Shown piece after piece: positions 34,620-44,000 of a DNA stretch of 48,786 nucleotides. This stretch comes from a virus (lineage: Duplodnaviria > Caudoviricetes), in IMG/VR virus record IMGVR_UViG_3300022719_000026, positions 1 through 48,786 of that record. The stretch is one strand, 5' to 3'. Numbering within the stretch: the first letter of the stretch is position 1; each line of letters begins with the position of its first letter. A program made the translations under genes and the position numbers. The notes beneath the pieces were generated by a model. It made no database searches. It was not told where the DNA came from and saw only the letters and a list, made by a program, of their open reading frames with translations.

Positions 34620-37600
34620 GTGGTCGATCGCCTGATCAAGGCGTCCATGGCGCGGGGCGAGATCGGCTCCGCGCTGTACGGTCGCGTGGACGTGGCCGCC
34701 TACCAGATTGCTCTGCGGACGGCGATCAACATGATCATCCACGCGCACGGCGGCGCGAGCAACAGGGCGGGTACCGAGTTCGTGTGCCCGTGCATGGTAC
34801 ACCCTAACGACTCGTCCGTCCCTCCGTCCCTGATCGAGTTCCGGTACAACGTATCGGACACCTACATCCTGGAGTTCGGGGACCAGGAGATGCGCGTCAT
34901 ACGAAACGGCGCGCAGGTACTGGAGTCTGCTAAGACAATAACGAACATAACGCAGGCGTCACCTGCGGTCGTAACTTCCAGCGCTCACGGGTTTCAAAAT
35001 GGTGACGACATCTACATCGATGGCGTCGTGGGCATGACGGAGGTTAACGGAAGGTGGTTTCAAGTTCAGGGGAAGACGACTAATACTTTTCAGCTGAGAA
35101 GCCAGCAGACGAGTGCCGTAGTCAACAGCACGGGCTACGGGGCATACACGTCGGGTGGGGAGGCAGCGCGCGTTTACTCAATCAGCACTCCGTACGCGAT
35201 CTCGGACGTGGCCCGGCTAAAGCATGTTCAGTCGGCGAACGTGATGACGCTTACGCACCCCAGCTACAATCCAAGGAAGCTGTCGCGCACGGATCACGAC
35301 GCCTGGACCCTAGAGGAGATCACGTTCGCGCCGGAGCAGGATCACCCGACTGGGCTGGCAGTAACGCCTGACACTACTTCGAACAAGACAGATAGGTACC
35401 AAGTGACGGCCGTCAGTGAGGAGACTCAGGAGGAGAGTCTCCCTGGACTCGATGGCACGACAGAGACGATCAGCGGCGCGACAAAGGCGGATCCGTGCGT
35501 CATAACGGCTACTGGGCACAGCTTCGCGGACGGAGACGAGATAGAGATCAACGGCATCGTCGGGATGGAGGAGCTAAACGGACGGAGGTTCACAGTCGCT
35601 AACAAGACGACCAACACCTTCGAGCTAGAGGGAGAGGACAGCACCAGCTACTCCGCTTACTCTAGTGGCGGAAGTGCTAACAGGACGTTCGCAGAGGCTA
35701 CGAACTCGGCAAATCCGCCGGACAATGAAGTTAGCTGGACGGCAGTGTCTGGCGCCGGACGCTACTCGGTGTACCGTAAGGAAAACGGCCTGTACGGCTG
35801 GATCGGAGACACCGAGGACACCTCGTTCCTCGACGAGAACATAGAAGCGGACCTCACTCTGACGCCCCCGAAGGCTCGTAACCCGTTCTTCGGGTCCGAC
35901 AACTGCCCGAGGGCTGTTTCGTACTACGAGCAGCGGAGAGTCTTCGGCAGCAGCGTGAACAAGCCCGACACGTCGTGGTACTCAGTCACCGCGAGTCAGG
36001 CGAACCTGTCTCACTCCAGCCCGCGCCAGCCCGACGACGCGATCACCACGACGCTGAACTCACTGGAGGTGAACGAGATCCGAGCGTTCGTTCCGCTCGA
36101 CGACTTGCTCGTGTTTACGTCCGGCGCGGAGTGGAAAGTTAACTCCACTAGCGACGAGTCAGGGTTCACGGCGGCGACCTTGCAGCAGAAGCCTCAGAGT
36201 AACTGGGGCATCTCCTACCTCGACCCGATAGTGGCCGGTGACAAGGTCTTGTTCGTGACGGAGAACAGCAGGAGCGTGCGCAGCATCGGCTACGAGATCA
36301 CCATCGACGGGTACAGCGGCAACGACATGACCGTGTTCGCTCCTCACCTGTTCGAGACGCTGGAGATCACGGACTGGGCGTACGCGCGGTACCCGGATCC
36401 GCTCGTAGCTGTGGTACGCGAGGACGGGTGGGTCGCGTGTCTCACGTTCAACCCTGAGCAGGAGGTGGTGGCTTGGGGGAGGTGGAAGACGAAGGCGGGT
36501 AAGTTCAAGCGCGTGGCATCTACAAATACGAGTGACAATTCGGACCCGCACTTCTACTTTGTAGTGCAGCGCAAGGTCGGGAGCTTCACGCACCCGTTCT
36601 ATTTCATCGAGAGGGTTCACTCTCGTAGGTTCGATGACGTTCGTGACTGCTTCTTCGTTGACTCAGGGCTCTCGTATGACTCTCCTCACAACGTGACAAA
36701 TATCCAAGAGGGTATCAGCACGAATGACGGTCTCGTACATTTTACGGTAGAGAGCCCCACCGGATTCGCCGACGGTGACTTGGTAGACGTAGACGAAGTG
36801 GAGTGGATGCCTAACTTCAGCTCCACGTTTACGGAAACGCAGCCCAGTCAGCTAAACGGAAGCAGGTACAAGGTCGCTGCGCTTCAGTCTTCGGGATCAG
36901 ATCAGTTCGTGCTGGCAAACGAAACTGCTGTGGTGTCCATAGAGGGGGCCACGCAGGCGGATCCCTGCGTTATCACGTCGACCGGGCACGGGCTCTCTGA
37001 CGGCACGAAGATCGCCATCTTCGACGTCGGTGGGATGACGCAGCTGAACGGTAGCGTGTATGAGGTAAGCAATCCGACCGACGACACGTTCGAGCTGTAT
37101 CGAATTGGTGGGGTCACGAGCATCGACAGCACGGGCTACGGCGCGTACACGAGCGGCGGGAACGTGCATCTAGCCGTTCTGTGGGACGGCTTCAATGATT
37201 ACGTTGACGGGGGCGTGGTTAGGAAGCCTGCGGCAAACGTCAGCGGGCTGTGGCATCTAGAAGGAGATAGTGTAGTTGTCCTGGCTGACGGAGAGGTAGT
37301 TACGGGCAAGACGATCTCAGACGGTCAGCTGGATTCAGACCTTAGTACTGAGGCGAGTCGCATCCACGTGGGGCTCAGGATGGTAGCTGACCTGGAGACG
37401 CTCAACCCGGAGATCGCCAACGGGGGAGGAACGATCCAAGGTAGGAGTCAGCGCGTACCCAGCCTCACCGTGCGGTTCAAGGACAGCCAGGGCGTCCTGA
37501 TGGGACCCGACGAGAACACGCTGGAGGCCGCCGACTTCAGCAGCTACGATGAGCTTCACACCGGCGACCACGAGATGCACATCGCCTCGGACTGGGAAGG

Positions 37601-37700
37601 CGGGGGTCGCGTGTACCTTCGCCAGCCAGACCCGCTCCCGCTCACGGTGACCGCGATTATTCCGCACCTTGAGGTCGGCGACGAGGACGAGCGTGAGTGA
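34620..37700 (+). CDS. Tail tubular protein B / nozzle (T7 gp12-like) with inserted FCCH-like repeat domains
   Basis: GEIG..LYGRVD, GG...RAG, YILEFG, YYEQRRVF, QEVVAW, FFVDSG, GL.HLEG, PLPLTV. Confidence 0.85.
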   Translation: MVDRLIKASMARGEIGSALYGRVDVAAYQIALRTAINMIIHAHGGASNRAGTEFVCPCMVHPNDSSVPPSLIEFRYNVSDTYILEFGDQEMRVIRNGAQVLESAKTITNITQASPAVVTSSAHGFQNGDDIYIDGVVGMTEVNGRWFQVQGKTTNTFQLRSQQTSAVVNSTGYGAYTSGGEAARVYSISTPYAISDVARLKHVQSANVMTLTHPSYNPRKLSRTDHDAWTLEEITFAPEQDHPTGLAVTPDTTSNKTDRYQVTAVSEETQEESLPGLDGTTETISGATKADPCVITATGHSFADGDEIEINGIVGMEELNGRRFTVANKTTNTFELEGEDSTSYSAYSSGGSANRTFAEATNSANPPDNEVSWTAVSGAGRYSVYRKENGLYGWIGDTEDTSFLDENIEADLTLTPPKARNPFFGSDNCPRAVSYYEQRRVFGSSVNKPDTSWYSVTASQANLSHSSPRQPDDAITTTLNSLEVNEIRAFVPLDDLLVFTSGAEWKVNSTSDESGFTAATLQQKPQSNWGISYLDPIVAGDKVLFVTENSRSVRSIGYEITIDGYSGNDMTVFAPHLFETLEITDWAYARYPDPLVAVVREDGWVACLTFNPEQEVVAWGRWKTKAGKFKRVASTNTSDNSDPHFYFVVQRKVGSFTHPFYFIERVHSRRFDDVRDCFFVDSGLSYDSPHNVTNIQEGISTNDGLVHFTVESPTGFADGDLVDVDEVEWMPNFSSTFTETQPSQLNGSRYKVAALQSSGSDQFVLANETAVVSIEGATQADPCVITSTGHGLSDGTKIAIFDVGGMTQLNGSVYEVSNPTDDTFELYRIGGVTSIDSTGYGAYTSGGNVHLAVLWDGFNDYVDGGVVRKPAANVSGLWHLEGDSVVVLADGEVVTGKTISDGQLDSDLSTEASRIHVGLRMVADLETLNPEIANGGGTIQGRSQRVPSLTVRFKDSQGVLMGPDENTLEAADFSSYDELHTGDHEMHIASDWEGGGRVYLRQPDPLPLTVTAIIPHLEVGDEDERE

Positions 37701-38166
37701 GTACGACATCGTGATGGCTGACAGGCACCACGTCACCCACGTGGCGAACCTCATGCGAGAGGCGGATGCCGAGGAGCTATGGGCTACGTACGGGAGAGAC
37801 GCGAGCGTGCACAAGGTGCTGAGCACGTGCTACAGGGTATCACGTGATACCACCTACGCGGGGTTGGCGGACGGCGAGGCCATCTGCGTGTTCGGCGTCC
37901 GACCCCCGTCCCTACTTGGCGCAGTGGCCCAGCCGTGGATGGTAGGGACGGACGGCGTGAGGACGCACTCCCGAGCGTTCCTTCGCTTCAGCAGGCGCGT
38001 GGTGCGGGTCCTGTCGAGAGAGTTTCCTCACATGCGTAACTGGGTTGACGAGCGCAACAGCGACGCGATTCGCTGGTTACAGTGGCTCGGCTTTCAGGTA
38101 TACTCTCCAGAGCCCTACGGGGCCGAGAGGCTCCCGTTCTGCATGTTCGAGTTGAGGAGAGACTGA
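37693..38166 (+). CDS. T7 gp13-like / GNAT-like internal virion-associated protein
   Basis: MREADAEEL, NWVDERN..AIRWLQWLGF; position; palindrome in frame. Confidence 0.7.
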   Translation: MSEYDIVMADRHHVTHVANLMREADAEELWATYGRDASVHKVLSTCYRVSRDTTYAGLADGEAICVFGVRPPSLLGAVAQPWMVGTDGVRTHSRAFLRFSRRVVRVLSREFPHMRNWVDERNSDAIRWLQWLGFQVYSPEPYGAERLPFCMFELRRD

Positions 38167-38702
38167 TGTGCGGTCTTGCTGAGGCCTCCATCGCGTCCAC
38201 CGTCATCGGCGGCCTTCTCCAGTTTCAGGGGATGCGCGCACAGGGTGAGGCCGCCGAGGCGGAGGCGGAGTACCGCGCCGCCGTGGGGCGGAACAACGCG
38301 ATGCGCGCAGAGTTCCTTGCGGAGGACGCTATCGAGCGCGGCAAGGAGGATGAGTCAGAGGAGAGGCTCAGGGGGCGCATACTGGTAGGTGCGCTGCGCG
38401 CTCAGCTAGCGTCCTCGGGGCAGGTGATCGACGAGGGTAGCGCGGGCGACCTCGTCGTCGATCAGGCGGAGGTGAACGAGCTGAACGCGCGGACCATTCG
38501 CAACAACGCCGCGCGAGAGGCGCAGGAGTTTCGCATCCGCGCCAGCCAGTTCGAGAACGAGGCCAGCTTGACGCAGATCGCGGGCTCGAACGCGCGTCGT
38601 GAGTCCGAGACTCGCTCGTTCGGAACCCTGCTGGGCACCGGGGGCAAAGTGGCCTCCAAGTGGTACGACTTCAGACGGGAGGGGGCGTTCGCCGTAGGCT
38701 AA
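38166..38702 (+). CDS. Internal virion (ejection) protein, gp14-like
   Basis: TGATG coupling; MCG start; Ala-rich helical; position. Confidence 0.7.
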   Translation: MCGLAEASIASTVIGGLLQFQGMRAQGEAAEAEAEYRAAVGRNNAMRAEFLAEDAIERGKEDESEERLRGRILVGALRAQLASSGQVIDEGSAGDLVVDQAEVNELNARTIRNNAAREAQEFRIRASQFENEASLTQIAGSNARRESETRSFGTLLGTGGKVASKWYDFRREGAFAVG

Positions 38703-41008
38703 TGGTAGCCGTCAACACCAAGCGGGTCCGCACTCGCGCTGCGTCTCCGACGTTTCAGTCACCGTCTTCCGTTCCCTCGGGTGCGTTCGGTGGGGGCGCC
38801 GGGCTGATCGACTTCGGTCGCTCGGTGGAGGGACTGGGGGACGACCTCGGCGGCATCGCGCTGGAGATGGCGCGCGAGGACAACGAGACTCGGGCGAAGG
38901 AGGCCGACGCTCGCATAGCGCAGCGTATCCGGCGCGTAACGCTGGGAGACCCGGGAGACCAGTCCGCTCCCCCGGGGTACCTGCACACGCAGGGACGCGA
39001 CACGCTCGGCGCGTACGGAGCCGCAGAGGAGGCCGTTCGCAAGGCCGTCGAGGAGGAGCTGGACGACGCCAATCCAGCCCTGCGCGCCATGATCCAGGAG
39101 AGCGGGTCCCGTCGCGTGCAGGAGGCCCTCGACCGCATGACGGGTCACGCTACCGAGCAGCGGCTCGTGGTGCAGGAGCAGGCTTCCCTCGCGCGAGAGG
39201 CGCAGGCGTTCGCGGACGTGAGCGCGGACTGGCGCTCCGACGAGGTGCTCGGTGCGGCGCTGGGCGTGGCCTCCGCCGAGGCTCTCGACAGGGCCGAGGC
39301 GCAGGGCATGGGAGAGGAGGCTGCGGCTCAGATGGTGGTCGAGCGCCAGAGCGTCATGATCAAGGGCGCCTTCGATGCGGCGCTCGCGAGCAGTGACGTG
39401 GAGCGCGCGCAGGCCATCTTCTCGAAGCACGTCTCGAAGCTGGACGGCGCCACGCGCACGACGATGGCGCAGACGCTCGCGGAGGACGTGGAGGTGTCCG
39501 TGGCCCAGCGCCTCGCGGACGAGGCGATGGCGCTCGGCGGCACCACGGCGGAGAAGCGGGAGTACATCCGGGATGCGGTCGACGGCAAGCTGCGCAGCGT
39601 GGCCATCGATACGTTCAACTCGATGCTGGCCGAAGAGCGACAGGACACTCGGTTCGCGCTCGCGATGGAGTCCGCGCGCAGGCAGCGCGAGGCGGAGAAC
39701 CGCGTGGGGCTCGCGCAGGAAGCTCTCGATCGCATGGAGGCGGAGCTGGGAGAGGGCGCGGGGGCCAGCGAGCAGCGCGAGTGGATCGAGCGCAACTACG
39801 ACGGAAAGCTGCGCGAGAAGACGCTGTCGATGCTTCAGACCCGCGTCGAGCGGGAGCGCGGAGACCTGTCGGCCGCGCGCGCGAGCGCAGAGGAGGAGCG
39901 AGTCGACAGCGCGCAGTCCGTCGTGGACGAGGTGCAGGCCATGGATCTCGACGCGGATGCCGCGCGGACGGAGATCACTGAGCGGCTGGAGGGTGCAGTC
40001 AGAGAGACCGCACTGACCATCTTCGAGCGCGAGCTGAGTCGTGAGCGTGGGGACGACGAGACGCGGAGGGCCATCGAGGCGAGGACGCAGGCGAACGTCA
40101 GATACATGGAATCGAGAGAGGCAGCCGCCAGAGAGGAGCGGGTGCGAGTCGCCATGCAGGAGGCTCACCTGTTTCTCGACGAGCGCGGGCAGGACGGAAG
40201 CTACCCCTCGGTCAGCGACTTCAGGCGCGAGCACCCGGACATGTACGAGACCCTGTCGGGGGCGGGAGAGGTCGAGGGCTTGCGTCGCACGGAGCGGCTG
40301 ATCAAGGAGGGCAACATCTTCGCGACGGTGTCGGACGGAGAGACCTTCCAGAGCCTCGATGCACTCCCTCCCGAGGAGAAGGCGAGACTGGCGGAACCCG
40401 GTGCGCTCCTACAGTATCGAAGGTCGCTGACCGAGTCCGAGTACTACAAGATAATCACCTCGATCAACGCGGCGGCGGAGAGCATTAACTCGCAGAAGGA
40501 GAGCTTCTCTCTGTTCCGCCACGGCGACCATGCGCTGGAGGTCATGGCGGACAACTTTGGGTTCGACCGCGAGGGAAGCAAAGATAACAAGCGCGTGTTC
40601 GCGCTGGCTCGGAGCGCCATGCAGCAGTGGATTAACGAGCGCGTGCAGGCGGGCGAGAAGATCGAGCCGACGGCGATGGAGGCCGAGGCCGCGCGCCTGA
40701 TGATGACGATCGACGTCGAGGAGCCGGGGCTCGACATCTTTCCGCACGAGCAAGGGATCGAGAGCTTCGACGGCATCGCGGCGGAGGCCGGAACGCTGAC
40801 GCCAGAGGAGAGGCAGCTCGCTCGCGTCAAGTTCGAGAACATCCCCGACCCCGTTATCAGGCGCCTGAGCCTGATGATGAATCGCAACGGATACGGGACG
40901 GCGCTCGCGAAGATGGAGGAAGCGGACTGGGAGCAGATCGCCGGCTGGTACGCGGTCGGAGAGACCGGCCTGATCCTCGACTTTCTCGAAGACAAGATCG
41001 GAGAGTAG
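38702..41008 (+). CDS. Internal virion (ejection) protein, gp15-like
   Basis: TAATG coupling; long alpha-helical protein; position. Confidence 0.65.
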   Translation: MVAVNTKRVRTRAASPTFQSPSSVPSGAFGGGAGLIDFGRSVEGLGDDLGGIALEMAREDNETRAKEADARIAQRIRRVTLGDPGDQSAPPGYLHTQGRDTLGAYGAAEEAVRKAVEEELDDANPALRAMIQESGSRRVQEALDRMTGHATEQRLVVQEQASLAREAQAFADVSADWRSDEVLGAALGVASAEALDRAEAQGMGEEAAAQMVVERQSVMIKGAFDAALASSDVERAQAIFSKHVSKLDGATRTTMAQTLAEDVEVSVAQRLADEAMALGGTTAEKREYIRDAVDGKLRSVAIDTFNSMLAEERQDTRFALAMESARRQREAENRVGLAQEALDRMEAELGEGAGASEQREWIERNYDGKLREKTLSMLQTRVERERGDLSAARASAEEERVDSAQSVVDEVQAMDLDADAARTEITERLEGAVRETALTIFERELSRERGDDETRRAIEARTQANVRYMESREAAAREERVRVAMQEAHLFLDERGQDGSYPSVSDFRREHPDMYETLSGAGEVEGLRRTERLIKEGNIFATVSDGETFQSLDALPPEEKARLAEPGALLQYRRSLTESEYYKIITSINAAAESINSQKESFSLFRHGDHALEVMADNFGFDREGSKDNKRVFALARSAMQQWINERVQAGEKIEPTAMEAEAARLMMTIDVEEPGLDIFPHEQGIESFDGIAAEAGTLTPEERQLARVKFENIPDPVIRRLSLMMNRNGYGTALAKMEEADWEQIAGWYAVGETGLILDFLEDKIGE

Positions 41009-41011
41009 CGC

Positions 41012-44000
41012 GTGCCCTTCATCTCGGATCCCGACGAGCGCCGGCGCGGGCTGCTGCGCGACCTCACCGCGCTCCCGCCCGTGGTCGAGACTCCGCGCGC
41101 TCCGAGACGCAACTCCGCCGTGCCCGTGCTGGAGGTATCACGTGATACCAATCCGGACGAGGAGGCGAGGAAGCGAAGGACGGCGGAGGCGGCGGGCGTC
41201 CCTGCCGAGGCGGCGGAGTCCGCGCCCGAGGACGTAGAGGCCGCCGCGAGGCGCAAGGCGTTCCTGAGCGACCTCGACGAAGCTACCGCTACCACGCGCT
41301 TCCTCACTAACCCGAAGAACGCGCGGGTCGCGCACGACTCTGTCAGGGAGCTGAGCTTCATCGAGGGGCTGGCGAACAGCCTCGCGCGAGGCATCCTCGG
41401 CATCCAGCAGGGCGTGAGGCAGGCGCAGGCGGAGAGCGAGTACGAGGACGTTCTCGATGTGGGGCGCTCGTACCTGGAGATCCTGGAGGACGCCGGGGAT
41501 CACGAGCTGGACAGAGGCCCCCTGGCTCACATGGAGGCCCTGTACCGCTGGGCTACCTCTCGCGTCTCGGAGCGAGAGACACAGGTGGGCCAGTTCGTGC
41601 GCGCGCAGCGAAGCGTGGGGGAGCTGGTGGAGCAGACGGCGGCTACCCCCATGTCCGGTCGCGCTCGCAAGTGGAAGGAGAGCGTCGAGGAGGCTGACAC
41701 CGTCCTCGACAAGGTGGTGGCCGTCGTCAGCGATCCGGTCGGGATGGGCGCCTTCTCGGCGGAGGTCGGCGCGGAGTTCATTCCCCAGTTGATCGCGGCA
41801 GGTGCGGTGACGGCGGCGACGCGGAGTCCTGCGGCAGGCGCTGGCGCAATGGGGCTTGCTTCAGGGGCGACGGAGCGTTACCGCTCCCCGGCGGAGTTCC
41901 TGAGCGACGCTGGCGTGGACTCGACCGATCCCGAGGCCGTGCGCGAGCTGCTTCGTGACGAGCGTACCTTCGTCGAGGCGCAGGAGTACGGTGCCACGCG
42001 CGGGAAGATCATCGGAATACTGGACGCGCTCTCGGGCGGCATCGCCGGGAAGGCACTCGCCAACAACCCGCTCGGCGACCTCGCGCTCCAGACTATCGTG
42101 CAGATGGCGATGGGAGGTGGGGGAGAGGCGCTCGCGCAGAAGGCCACGCGGGGTGAGATCGACATCGACGAGGTCATCTTCGAGGCCGTCGGCGAGTTCG
42201 CAACGACGCCCGTCGAGGTGGTGGCCGTCGGCGGTAGGATGCTCGGCAAGCGGGCGAGCACAGTAGCTCGCGCCAAGGACGCGCTCGATGCTTCGCGGGC
42301 AGAGTCGACCGTCGAGCAGACGGACGCGCTCGCCAAGGCGGTGCAGGACTCTCCCGTGACCGAGCGCAGCCCCGAGACGGCAGCCGACCACGTGTCGACC
42401 GTATTGGCGGACGCCGGGGTCGAGGAGGTGTTCGTTCCCTCGGACGCGCTGCTGGAGGTGGAGGACGCCGACCAGCTGGTGAGCGACCTCGGCGTGGCTG
42501 ACCAGATGGAGGACGCTGAAGCCTACGGCGGGGACGTACGCGTGGGCGCGCGCGAGTTCGCTCAGCACGTGCTGGCAAATCCTGAGCGGTATCAGGCACT
42601 CCGCGAGCACGTGCGGCTCGACGCCGAGGGGCTGACGCTGACCGAGGCGGGCGAAGTAACGGAGGCCGATGCCGTCGAGGAGGGGACGGAGGCGATCGCG
42701 GCAGCGGCCGAGGAGGTATCACGTGATACCTCGGAGAGCGCGCATACGATTCAAGCGGACGACGAGTCGGTCGGACTGGCGGAGCACGAGGCCGGCGTCG
42801 GTCTTATGTTCCGCAGCGCAGAGGAGGCCGGATTCACTGAGACGCAGTACGCCAGCTACGTCGAGGCGGAAATGCGCACGCACACGGAGGCCGCCCGCAG
42901 GAAGGAGCGCAGGCGCCTGAAGCGTGAGGAGCGCCGCCTGTCCGACGAGTACAAGGCGGCGCGAGAGGAGCTTCGGCCCGAGGTCGAGGAGTCCGTCGCC
43001 CAGCAGCCGCTCTACAACGCGCTCAACGGTATCGGGCGCGAGCGCTTCGACCGCGCCCGCGTGGTGGAGCTGCTCGGTGGAAACGAGGAGGCGCTGGCCC
43101 GGCTTCCGAAGCAGAGCGGGCGCGCCATCTACACGCAGAAGGGCCAGAGCGGCATCGGCCCTGACATGCACGCTGACGTGTACGGATTCTCCGGCGGTGA
43201 CACTCTGCTCTACTCCATGCTCGACCGTCCCTCTCAGCAGGAGGCCGTCGAGGCGGAGCTGACCCGGCGCGTCGAGGAGCGACACCCCACGCTCGTCAGC
43301 GAGCGCGGTGAGGTGCGCGAGGCGATGGAGGCGCTGCACGAGGGGGACCAGCACTCCCAGGTCCTCGCCTTCGAGCTTGCCCGCCTTCGGCAGATGCGCG
43401 GTCAGAAGCGGATCAGCCGCTCGCTCATCCGGGCCAGAGCGCGGCGCGTGCTCTCGAACCGGCGCGTGGGGGAGATCCGTCCGCCCGCGCTTGAGACCCT
43501 ACAGCGACGCGAGGGAAGACGCGCGGCGAAGGCTCTGCGCGCGGGAGACCTTGAGGCTGCTGCCCGCCACAAGCTGAATCAGGCGGTGGCCCACGAGATG
43601 ACTCGCGAGGCGTACAAGGTCAGGGACGAGCTGGCGAAGGGTAGGCAGCGGTTCCGCCGGTACCTGAAGCGCGGGCGCGAGCGCGGGAAGCAGGGCGGGC
43701 TGCCCATCGAGTTCCGCGAGCGGATCCAGGACCTGCTCGGCGCGTTCCAGTTCGGGCGCCGGAAGGGCAGCTCTCGGAGGCTACAGCGCGCGCTCGATCA
43801 GCCGGACGTACCCAGGCGCCCCGGAGAGGAGCTTGAGGCGTGGACCGCCAGGAAGAAGGAGGAGGAGGGAATCGTGATCCCGCTCGGGCCGACGGTGACG
43901 GAGGCCGACGGCTCGACGCACTGGGAGAACCTTACGCTGCGCCAGTGGCGCGAGCTGCACAACGCAGTGCGCGACATAGAGACGGCCGGGCGCGAGGCGA

